A stretch of 64,000 nucleotides of DNA, from the IMG/VR virus record IMGVR_UViG_3300022933_000006, positions 574 through 64,573 of that record; one strand, written 5' to 3'. The notes beneath the pieces are model-generated. The model worked only from the letters and a program-made list of their open reading frames with translations, had not been told where the DNA came from and did not search any database. A program made the position numbers and the translations under genes. Below, one piece after another: positions 51,209 to 60,405 of this stretch (the first letter of the stretch is position 1; every line of letters starts with the position of its first letter). The stretch is from a virus. Taxonomy: Duplodnaviria > Caudoviricetes.

Positions 51209-51974
51209 ATCTTTTTGATGCTATTTGACAACCGTCAAGATAATCTAACTCGTCATCACAATAGAATGTTTGACCATCAACAAATTGTCTTTGGTAATTA
51301 TCCTCATAATCTTCAATAGATTGAATTTTTGTGTCAGATTTCTTTGCTTTGTATGTGAAATTACCACCATAATCTCCCCAACTAGGTGTAGGATCGAATA
51401 AATCATTACTGCAAGATATGTTATTTACCTTTGTCCAACCGTCACCAAATCTATCAATACCGTCAGGTGACAATACAATGACTTTTTCTCCTGTAAATTC
51501 AAGGAAATTAATGCCTTTATGTGAAGCACACCAAGCCATAATACTACTGTCACTCATATCACCGTCAGGAATACGAATATTAGGATTGTTAAATGCTAAT
51601 TTTATAGCAAAATCATCAAACTCAGTCCATATACCATTATGGAACATGACAGATTGTCTTGTACTTCCTCTGGTTCTATTTGATAATGCACTACCGTCTT
51701 TGTTCATTCCTAATGGGAATGGGTGGCATAACATATCATTATTTGCACCATGAGTACCAATTCTGAAATGTACAATAAGATTATTTTTCTTGGTCAATTT
51801 ATTTTTCTTGACATATTTAGATACATATTCAGCAGTAACATGAAGACCTTTTTCCCAATGTACTAGACCATCTCTGGTATATGCAAATCCACCACCATCA
51901 CGATTAGTTTTTTCTGCATCTTTGAGCATGTCTAGTTTAGGAATGTGATCATCACATTGTAATATAACACACAT
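51189..51974 (-). CDS. Class II (Ntn) glutamine amidotransferase
   Basis: Cys2 nucleophile (MCVI), NRDGGG, HFRIGTHG, HPF, MFHNG, SDS. Confidence 0.88.
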   Translation of the reverse strand: MCVILQCDDHIPKLDMLKDAEKTNRDGGGFAYTRDGLVHWEKGLHVTAEYVSKYVKKNKLTKKNNLIVHFRIGTHGANNDMLCHPFPLGMNKDGSALSNRTRGSTRQSVMFHNGIWTEFDDFAIKLAFNNPNIRIPDGDMSDSSIMAWCASHKGINFLEFTGEKVIVLSPDGIDRFGDGWTKVNNISCSNDLFDPTPSWGDYGGNFTYKAKKSDTKIQSIEDYEDNYQRQFVDGQTFYCDDELDYLDGCQIASKRYDKEPL

Positions 51975-52513
51975 TATCTAATATGCTCCGATTTTATGGT
52001 AATCTTGCCTTTGGACTGTTTTGGTGTCATGTATTTGTTGTACATTTTTCCTAACATTTGCATGGTTTTATCACAATACAAATTAAATTTCTTACCATCA
52101 ACAGGTGAGCCATTAATACATACCTTGATACCTTTGGATAGGTCTTTAGCCCTAACCCATGACATATTTGGAATATCTAAATCCTCAGTTATTTGAGAAT
52201 TAAAGAACATTTCATTACTCTCACCCCAATATTTTATTGATGTGAAAATATCATGGTCATCTGGTCTAGAATATGCATAAGAACTAATTTGTTTCAATCC
52301 TGTACGAATAGGATTCCATTTGTCATCTCCACCATAATCAGGATTTAATGATTGATTTTTGAAATATTTTTCAAATACGTCAGATTTAGCCTTTACAATA
52401 AATAATCCATTTTCTCTCAAGAATGTTACTGACATTACAGTTTTTCTGGTGACAGGATCTACTACTGTTCTACTAATACCTTGCACATTTGCATCAAACA
52501 TTTTTTGATTCAT
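51974..52513 (-). CDS. Hypothetical protein coupled to the GATase
   Basis: TAATG overlap with the GATase start; GAGGAG upstream. Confidence 0.6.
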   Translation of the reverse strand: MNQKMFDANVQGISRTVVDPVTRKTVMSVTFLRENGLFIVKAKSDVFEKYFKNQSLNPDYGGDDKWNPIRTGLKQISSYAYSRPDDHDIFTSIKYWGESNEMFFNSQITEDLDIPNMSWVRAKDLSKGIKVCINGSPVDGKKFNLYCDKTMQMLGKMYNKYMTPKQSKGKITIKSEHIR

Positions 52514-52783
52514 TATAATAAATTCTCCTCATATTCTTTCATAGCTTCATCTTGACCACATTTAGAACATAAATCAGTCATATTGTCTTTTCTAGATAGA
52601 GCTGGGAAATCTTCATCATAACTTTTAGTCATGTTACAGATACCACATGTATAATAATCAGTCATTTTCTACTAACCATGCCCATTCTGGTCTTTCATTA
52701 TATGATTCATCTATATCAGATTCTTCAGTCAAATTAAACACAGAACATTTGCCGTTTTTACAGGTCATTTCTTTATTCTCTAT

Positions 52784-54200
52784 CTATTGATTCACCTTTT
52801 CTCCTTTGATAGTATGAATGGATTCTCCGTTCATTATAATCTCCCCCATATACTCCTTGATTGGGTGCGAAATATTGTATTTATCTGACATATTATAATC
52901 TCTGTCAGAGCAGCATTTGTTACATTTATAATCATATACATGACCTTCAATACGTTCAACATCATTACTAGAAATATACTCATAAACCATGTGTACTCTA
53001 CCACACCAATTATCATATTTACCACCAGATTCATAATATGTTTGTCTTTCCATTTTAATTCTTTTATTACATGACACACATAATGTATCAGGTCTTATAA
53101 GAGAAACGAGGGGAATAGTAGTTAATATCAATTTATATCTCCTTGCATTTTTAACATATATTCATACTCTGAGGGTAAAAGGAGTAATTTCCATATTCTA
53201 TTCATTATTGTTTTTTTACAGTTCATGATAAATCTCCTGAAGCATCTTTTAACAATTCTAGTAAATCCTCTTTTGTATAAGATAATTCTTTACCATTTCT
53301 AGTTATTGTAAATCTATTACCAAAAGGAATGTTAAAAGCACTATTTACTATATTTTCAGCAGTTCTTGTTTGCATATGTTCACATAATTCTTTAAATCCA
53401 TTTATATCCCACCACACCTTATCATAATCTCCATAACCATTGCGTATATATGATTTGTAACTATATCTTACAGTATTACCTCTTAAATGTGTTTTACTCA
53501 TGATTCATCTCCATAATAACATGTAGGACATAATTTACTATATATCATATACCAATTATGTATTAAACTATCAACATATTTATCTACTTTCATTTTATTA
53601 CCACATTCCATACAATATATATCTCCACGATATCTAGCATCATAATATCTGTGGTTATTTGTAATAGACAAAGCATTGGTCATGATAAATCTCCACTATA
53701 TTCTAAATAACATACATACGATATAATCCATATAATAGAAAAAAGAGGGGTGGAAATACTCATAATAAGAGTACTCCTGTTAGATCAAATTTATCAATCT
53801 TACTGTATTTTAACTGTATAAATGGATTACAATCTATATAATCATTGTAACAGTCAATAACACTATTGATATTTCTGAACTTTTTGTTGAGAAATGCTAT
53901 TGAATCCATACCATAAGATTGATTATGATAATCATCTAGATTAGCCTTCATGATAGTAGCTGTTCTTGCTATCCAAATGACATCATCCTTATGATTACCC
54001 ATATCCTTACGGTCTATTCTAACCATACGAGAATCAATCTGATTCATGTATTGACGTATTTCTCTACCTCTAGATGTATTAACCTCTACTGTATGAACAT
54101 TACCATGCTCATTAACAATATTTGCTAATTCACTAGATATTCTAGTTCTCAAATGCTGGCGATTTTTTCGAGACACAACCCTAGCAACCGATACCCTCAA
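52784..54200 (-). CDS. Small hypothetical early ORFs (52784-53131, 53223-53501, 53498-53683, 53760-54200)
   Basis: Co-oriented ORFs, two with CxxC pairs. The start of the last ORF is uncertain. Confidence 0.5.
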
Positions 54201-54246
54201 TTTCCACTCCAGTCACGATCAGGCACAAATTGACCATTAATAATAA

Positions 54247-54276
54247 CCCCTCTCCCCTTAACAATCCCCTCACCCC
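54247..54276 (-). other. G-quadruplex-forming motif
   Basis: Minus strand reads GGGG-TGA-GGGG-ATTGTTAA-GGGG-AGA-GGGG. Confidence 0.65.
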
Positions 54277-54488
54277 TTACTGATATAAGCTGGGCAAGAC
54301 ATTGTACATACATGTTCCTAGACATTAACACCAATAATAATACTACCATACACCCCACCAATAGATGAACGAACTGTCTTATAATGGAATGGTTTGATAC
54401 CTAGAATGTCCTTAGATATAGCGACGATTCACCTATAAAAGCATTTGTTTTTATTTTTTTCCTAGAGTATATATACTAGGCGTAAATT

Positions 54489-54615
54489 GAAGTATATAAA
54501 GAGACCACCATTTCCACTCCAGTCGTCAATCGAAGTATTTAAAGAGACATTATACTGTATCATACGGTAGCGTACTGTACTTATATAACGCCTGAACTGA
54601 AGTATTTAAAGAGAC
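54489..54615 (-). promoter_or_regulatory. Three 17-bp repeats each containing a canonical TATA box; probable tandem early promoters facing left
   Basis: GAAGTATWTAAAGAGAC at 54489, 54532 and 54599; the minus strand reads GTCTC-TTTAWATA-CTTC. Confidence 0.65.
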
Positions 54616-54673
54616 CAATATTACGCCTACTATGACTGGACTGGAAACGAAGGGTATCGGTAAGTACTATTGT

Positions 54674-54937
54674 ATGGCACAACAAATACGACCAACCCTC
54701 ACAAAAGAGGAATGGGCTTTAATCGAAGCAAATAGGAAGGACGAGGAAATGTATTCAGAATTCAAAGGTAATCTACCTTTGATTGAAGCATTTGAAGCAT
54801 GTCTTAATCCAGCCAATGAAAAAGGTAATCGTAGCTTCAATCAAGAGAAATTTGAAGCACTCATTGGTGCTATCATGGCATGTAAAATAGCTACTGTCAA
54901 CGGTAGACCTTATCAAGACAACAAAAGCCCAAAATAA
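54674..54937 (+). CDS. Small hypothetical (possibly DNA-binding) protein in the control region
   Basis: MAQQIRPTLTKEEWALIE...; the ORF-track start 54632 lies inside the inverted repeat. Confidence 0.55.
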   Translation: MAQQIRPTLTKEEWALIEANRKDEEMYSEFKGNLPLIEAFEACLNPANEKGNRSFNQEKFEALIGAIMACKIATVNGRPYQDNKSPK

Positions 54938-54949
54938 TTAAACACCTAA

Positions 54950-54977
54950 TGCGTGAATACTTTCACGCAGTTTTTTT
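54950..54977 (+). terminator. Hairpin plus T-tract terminator
   Basis: TGCGTGAA-TACT-TTCACGCA-G-TTTTTTT right after the ORF. Confidence 0.65.
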
Positions 54978-55117
54978 ACTCGATTTCCCGTTGCTGGTAC
55001 GCATGGCGAAAAAACGGTTTTTAAAGGATTACCACATATATATAACTCTCGAAAAAACATTGACCAAATCTGGAAAAAATCTGAACCCTATTTAGGAATA
55101 TACACTTATATATAAGC

Positions 55118-56051
55118 CTATTCAGGTGGCTTGTAATCCTGCTTGTCACTATTATTTATACCATCAGCAACCAAAGTACCCTGTATTCTGAACATACATG
55201 ACATGAGTTCGGGGAGGTTAAACTTGGTTCCATTACCTTTATAATGCTCTTTATACTTTCTGCTGCATGCAATACATATGATATTCTCAAGGTCTTTACG
55301 ACTTAGGCTCAACGCATATCCTCCAGAGAAGCATTGTCTTCCATACGATCTATCATGTCTACAAGAAGTTGCTTTATAACCTCACGCCTGTCGTCAGGCA
55401 TCCATTCCTCATGTAATAATTTGAGAAGATCATCGATAGCTGTGCTCATACTCATCCCTTAAATTTGACGTATTTATAAAGGTTTTATGTGTCCATCCTT
55501 TAATACTTTTAGATTTTTTTCTCATGTCTATGACATGATATATTATAAGTACTATGCCTAAAGGCATGGCTATGCCTGTAAATGTAAGGAATATTCCTAT
55601 ATATAACTTCCACATACTATTATATAACCAACTTTAGTATTTATATCTATCCGTGAAGGCTAGTTCCTAGCCATGACCAATACCGTCAATGATTTCATTG
55701 ATGTGTAGGTTCATTTTGCTTTTAAACATTTGAGCCTGTATTGATTTTCTTTCGTCTATTAGTTGTCTTTCTTCCTTGGCTATTTCCATAAGTCTAGTAT
55801 GTATCTCGTCTAATCTTGCGTTAACCACACTATATTTAAGTATATGTATTATATAAAAATTATGTAGGAGTTTCCCTGTCTCTCTTTGCTTCCTCTATTT
55901 CCATCATTTTGTCTTCCATCAAAAATTGGAGTTTCCAGAAACTCTTTCTGCCTTGTTCACTAAGTCCTTTTTCTTCGACCTCATCATGCTTTGCATTGAA
56001 CCATTTAAATATCTCTGTATAGTCCTCTAACTCCAATTCGACCATATTCAA
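55118..56051 (-). CDS. Small hypothetical ORFs (55118-55312 zinc-binding; 55430-55615 membrane protein; 55860-56051)
   Basis: CIAC..H...C; hydrophobic hairpin in 55430; TATA boxes upstream. Confidence 0.5.
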
Positions 56052-56161
56052 GCAAAGTTTATATAATATATAAAGAACTCTATTTATATGACTAGTAAAA
56101 AATCCAAGCCTATTGAGCCTGAATTTGATATAGATGACACGCCTGTAACTAGTGATGGAGA

Positions 56162-56383
56162 ATGTACATGTATTGGAAGACGAGATCCATCATGTGCAAT
56201 AAAGAGTCACAGATGATTCGTAACTTTATCAACGGGTTGAAAAAATCATTTAGTGGAAAGGATTATCTTAGGGAAATCAACCAATGTAATAAATGTGGAA
56301 ATCCAAGCTTCTTTGATTCATGCCTGAAATGTGAGACTGATGATGCATACCGTGGATGGAACAAAAAACAGTTTGAAAGCTAA
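56162..56383 (+). CDS. Small zinc-finger protein (likely start ATG 56213)
   Basis: CNKC...CLKC. Confidence 0.45.
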   Translation: MYMYWKTRSIMCNKESQMIRNFINGLKKSFSGKDYLREINQCNKCGNPSFFDSCLKCETDDAYRGWNKKQFES

Positions 56384-56694
56384 TTGCCTACGTTAAAATG
56401 TCTCTCTATATAAACCAAACTCATGACCTTGCTCTTTAGAGTAACCTCAATTTTCTTGTAATAGTGAGACTCATACCTGTCCATTTTTTCTATGTCACTG
56501 TCACTTACCTTAAATATTTCACCTTTTACAAAATCACCTTCTGACTTTATCACAGTTGGATATCTGTCAAGTACGCTATGAGTGTCCATAGTGTAGTTTT
56601 CCAGTATGTCTTGTTTGCCTTCAATCTCATGACCTAGCACGTTTGTTCTAAGGGTTTTGTTTAGCAAAGAACCATAGACAAAGATGTTTTTCAT
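56380..56694 (-). CDS. Gamma-glutamylcyclotransferase (GGCT/AIG2-like)
   Basis: IFVYGSLL, VKGEIF, MDRYE..YY, VYI. Confidence 0.85.
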   Translation of the reverse strand: MKNIFVYGSLLNKTLRTNVLGHEIEGKQDILENYTMDTHSVLDRYPTVIKSEGDFVKGEIFKVSDSDIEKMDRYESHYYKKIEVTLKSKVMSLVYIERHFNVGN

Positions 56695-56798
56695 ATTTTG
56701 GTCTATTATGTATGATTATATAAAACTTGTGTAGGAAAAGGGTTGCTTCGCAACCGTGACAATAACTTTATATAATGTGACAAATATTGACATGTGTT

Positions 56799-58736
56799 AT
56801 GGGATTCCGTAAATCTTTTGCAGGTGCGTTAAGTAGACTTAACCTAATAGAGAAATCCACCACGGAAACCACTACTAGACCTAGTGTTGCCCAGCCTTAT
56901 ATGAGTACCGATACAGGTGCCAAACTACCAATTTTCCCATTCCCACTCACCATGATTTACGAGTTGGCAGATAACATTGATGCTTTAAGAATTCCTATTG
57001 AGACTTTGAACCGTGAAATGTTCAAGAACGGTTTCGAGGTTGTAGAGAAATGGAAGTACAAATGCAATAACTGTAGCAAGGAATTCCAATATGCCCCTAC
57101 TGCCGACAATCCTGACGAGCAGCCATTTGAAGCAAACGGAGACAATGCACAAGCACACCCACGCAAAAAGAAAGCAGTTACAGTACCAAAGGCAGAAGCA
57201 TTGGTATGTGATACATGTGGAAGCAATGACTTGGCTAGACCTGTACCAGAGCACAGAAAGACTTTGGAAAACTTGATGTTAGAGCCTGTAAACAGCAACC
57301 AGCAAACTCTGGAAGACGTAGCACGTCAGTTGGAACGTGACTTTGAGATAGCAGATAACGCATATTTGCTTTTGTTGAAGAACTACCACATAAACGATGC
57401 AACAGGCGAAATTAACACAGAGAAGACTGTGATTAAGGAAATGTTAAGAATTGAGCCACCACAGGTGGCAATGATTGCCGACAGTGACGGCAGAATTGGT
57501 TATGATGACAAGCGAAACAAAATTTTCGTGTGTCCACGATTCGAGCACCGTGACGTTAGACTTACAGAGCCTAAATGTGACCGTTGTGGAGCACAGGCAT
57601 TAAAGGCAATTATAGAGGTAAACTCAGTTTATTCTATCGGCATACCACAGCCTAAGCGTGTTATTTATGGCGAAGGCGAAGTTATCTGGAAGGCAGGCAA
57701 GTACAAACCAAACCTTCTTTATGGATTTTCACCTATCTATTCCGTATGGTCAAAGGCTATGTCCCTCTCACATATGGATGAGTATATCAGAAAATACTTT
57801 GACAAGATGCGACCACCAAGAGGTATGCTTGTTATTTCCTCAAGAAATTATGAGACATTCAGAAAGTCATGGGATGTATTGGAACAGAAAGCACAGGAAG
57901 ATCCTTACATGATTCACCCACTTTTGGTTGAGAATGACAAGGGTGGAAAGAACCCTGCACAATGGTTAGACTTTACTGGATCACTTAAGGAGTTAGAATT
58001 TATCGAAGTAAGAAAGGAACTAAGAATGATTATCGGAGCTGTCTATGGAGTATTGCCATTCTATTACGGTGAAACCCCTGCTGGATGGAGTCAGGAAGGA
58101 CTTCAAGTTACAATTACAAATCGTGCTGTTCTATGGGGACAGGACACGTTAAAGAAGGCATTTTTCTCAAAAATTTCAAAGATGCTAAACATTGACGATT
58201 GGGAATTACAATTAAAGACTGGTGAAGAAACAGATAAACTTAGAGACTTGCAAACTGACGGAATCGAAATACAGAACATGATGCTGTTACAACAAATGGG
58301 CTTTGAGATTACAAGAACACATACAGGTGAGTTCAAGGTAGGTAAAGAAACTGCATTGACTCCAGAAATGATGTTTGGTATTGGTGCTATCAACGGTAAT
58401 CAGAACGGTGCAGGCAAAGGCGTACCAGCTCCACAGGAAAAGACACAGGCATTTGAAGGCGAACCAAACAACAATAGACCAAGTGACATTGGTGGTACTG
58501 GACAGGGAAGTCCTACAAGTGGAAGTTCAATGAGCAAAAAATCTGCATATCCAAAGGGAATTACCCCGTCAAACTTTGAAGTTGTAAAGAATACTTTGCA
58601 AACAGCAGTAGATTATGACTGGAAAAAGACAAAGACAGTTGAAGAACTAAGAAAGGCAACTGGAATGACAGTAAGAGATGCTAGAGACATTGTTGCAAGT
58701 GAATTTGAAGGTGTAAAGAGGTGGGAAGATGAGTGA
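56799..58736 (+). CDS. Portal protein with zinc-ribbon insertions
   Basis: YGFSPI, PPRGML, IIGAVYGVLP portal motifs; CNNC/CDTC and C..H/CDRC inserts; upstream of protease and MCP; TATA box at 56767 favours ATG 56799. Confidence 0.85.
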   Translation: MGFRKSFAGALSRLNLIEKSTTETTTRPSVAQPYMSTDTGAKLPIFPFPLTMIYELADNIDALRIPIETLNREMFKNGFEVVEKWKYKCNNCSKEFQYAPTADNPDEQPFEANGDNAQAHPRKKKAVTVPKAEALVCDTCGSNDLARPVPEHRKTLENLMLEPVNSNQQTLEDVARQLERDFEIADNAYLLLLKNYHINDATGEINTEKTVIKEMLRIEPPQVAMIADSDGRIGYDDKRNKIFVCPRFEHRDVRLTEPKCDRCGAQALKAIIEVNSVYSIGIPQPKRVIYGEGEVIWKAGKYKPNLLYGFSPIYSVWSKAMSLSHMDEYIRKYFDKMRPPRGMLVISSRNYETFRKSWDVLEQKAQEDPYMIHPLLVENDKGGKNPAQWLDFTGSLKELEFIEVRKELRMIIGAVYGVLPFYYGETPAGWSQEGLQVTITNRAVLWGQDTLKKAFFSKISKMLNIDDWELQLKTGEETDKLRDLQTDGIEIQNMMLLQQMGFEITRTHTGEFKVGKETALTPEMMFGIGAINGNQNGAGKGVPAPQEKTQAFEGEPNNNRPSDIGGTGQGSPTSGSSMSKKSAYPKGITPSNFEVVKNTLQTAVDYDWKKTKTVEELRKATGMTVRDARDIVASEFEGVKRWEDE

Positions 58737-58820
58737 TAAATGTGAAGATGGCTCATGCAAGCCTAAAAAAGTTGTATTTTACGTTACAAGAGGATTTGTA
58801 GAGGAAGATGAGGAGGAAGA

Positions 58821-59099
58821 ATGACTAAAAGATTCCATAAATGTGACGACAGTTGCAAACATACAGAAGAAAAACCAAAAGTTGTCAAAAAAACAGTAAA
58901 AAAACCTAAAGTAGTAAAAAAAGAAATCAAACCAGAGGTTGTCAATGTATATGCAAACAAGCCAAACCCAGCAAGAATAGAAGCAATTTGGAAAATTATT
59001 GATATTGTTGATCAGATTGGAAATGAACATGAAACTAACAAAGTTTTAGAGAAAACACTTATAACTTTAAGAAAATTACAACAAGATATTGCCAACTGA
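58821..59099 (+). CDS. Hypothetical Lys-rich protein
   Basis: HKCDDSC, then KPKVVKK repeats. Confidence 0.5.
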   Translation: MTKRFHKCDDSCKHTEEKPKVVKKTVKKPKVVKKEIKPEVVNVYANKPNPARIEAIWKIIDIVDQIGNEHETNKVLEKTLITLRKLQQDIAN

Positions 59100-59535
59100 A
59101 CTAAATACTAACGAAAACGCAAACGATATGACCAAGAAGCTTTGGGAAAAGCATCAAGGTGACGAATTTACTGCTGTAAACAACTACAAGGAAGGTGTTT
59201 GTCTTGGATGTATGAAAGTTGACGTTGCAGCAGCAACAATCGCAGATATTTGTGGTGATTGTGCAGGTAAAAAAGGTCGTGAGCCACTTTTGGCAAAGAT
59301 TTGTGACAAATATTACGGTCTTTGTTTCTTTTGTAACAAGTACAAGTTCAACATTGAGCAGATAAACGGAAGATTTTGTTCTACATGTCACCGTAGAATA
59401 GCCAACATTACAAAGGAATACAACAAAAAAGGTGGCTTTATGAAGACAGATCCGTTCTGGGTTTCAATGCGTAAAAAACATGGAAAGGACTGGAAACAGA
59501 TTATGGGTGGCTATAGAAAGTCTAATCGGAAGTAA
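59089..59535 (+). CDS. Multi-CxxC zinc-binding protein in the head module
   Basis: CLGC, CGDC, CFFC, CSTC. Confidence 0.6.
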   Translation: MPTELNTNENANDMTKKLWEKHQGDEFTAVNNYKEGVCLGCMKVDVAAATIADICGDCAGKKGREPLLAKICDKYYGLCFFCNKYKFNIEQINGRFCSTCHRRIANITKEYNKKGGFMKTDPFWVSMRKKHGKDWKQIMGGYRKSNRK

Positions 59536-59688
59536 TTTTTGTCAAAGAATTTCTAAATTTTGCCCATTCAACCATGTTTGGTATTCTAAGATTTTCCTCT
59601 ATCTTTGCAAGTAACTCGTTTGTCTTGGAAAGTTTCTCATCAATCTGTTCTAATCTTTCCTCTACTTCACCCAATACAAAGTCAAACT

Positions 59689-60126
59689 TCATTTTTTGTC
59701 TTCCAGTAAGAATATGATTCTATTGTTTGTAAAGTCATAAAATCGTTTATCGTAGTTTACTTTGCTATATTTGTCACTCTTATTGGTAATACATCTACCT
59801 ACTCGCATGGATAACAACGGTTTTCTTAACATTCTTGGAAAAAATTCCAAATGTTGTTTCTTGTGATTGTATCTCATATCACCATACTGTACAAGTTTTT
59901 CATCACCATTTTCCCATTCTTTTATGTTTCCTTGTCTAAAATGAACCAATGTGTTACTTAATCTTGGCTGCTCCTTCTTATCATTTGAGTTTGTTACTAT
60001 CCATAAACTCTCTCCTTTGACATAAAGGTCAATAATTTTCATGACATATAACGGATCTTCTATGACATCCTTGTAAACCTTATGAAATAAATCATCATTT
60101 TCAAAAATATAGATAGATGTTGCCAT
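59689..60126 (-). CDS. Hypothetical protein
   Basis: 145-aa ORF with TTTATAAA about 30 nt upstream. Confidence 0.55.
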   Translation of the reverse strand: MATSIYIFENDDLFHKVYKDVIEDPLYVMKIIDLYVKGESLWIVTNSNDKKEQPRLSNTLVHFRQGNIKEWENGDEKLVQYGDMRYNHKKQHLEFFPRMLRKPLLSMRVGRCITNKSDKYSKVNYDKRFYDFTNNRIIFLLEDKK

Positions 60127-60175
60127 GTTTTTTTATAGCAATACTTATTTATAAAGGCTTGGTACAAATCATGAT

Positions 60176-60376
60176 ATGAGTGATCATACTTGTAAAAGGT
60201 GTTCAATCCCGAAATATGGTTACACAGATGGCACTCATTCAATTTATCTTTGTTACAAATGTGGAAGATATGAGGGTATTAGTGGTGGTGATGAGAATTT
60301 TATTAAAGATATTAATGATAATCCTATGATATTATTACATATGATAAAATCAAAAACATTGATTCCTATAAGTTAA
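60176..60376 (+). CDS. Small zinc-ribbon protein
   Basis: CKRC...CYKCG. Confidence 0.55.
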   Translation: MSDHTCKRCSIPKYGYTDGTHSIYLCYKCGRYEGISGGDENFIKDINDNPMILLHMIKSKTLIPIS

Positions 60377-60405
60377 TTTATATACCTTACTATTATTATT
60401 AGTAC

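Larger units (their letters stand above)
54187..54661. repeat. 29-bp imperfect inverted repeat pair (54187-54215 / 54633-54661) plus partial third copy (54511-54524)
   Basis: Reverse complement of left copy TGACTGGAGTGGAAATTGAGGGTATCGGT vs right copy TGACTGGACTGGAAACGAAGGGTATCGGT (25/29); TTTCCACTCCAGTC recurs at 54511. Confidence 0.85.

Noticed and set aside
54489-54615. Mini-CRISPR array from the three 17-bp repeats
   Set aside because: Repeats are too short, spacing is irregular (26 and 50 nt), and each contains a TATA box.
56741-56755. GGTTGC-TTC-GCAACC hairpin before the portal (and GGCTAG-TTC-CTAGCC near 55658)
   Set aside because: Six-bp stems are too short to support a functional call on their own.
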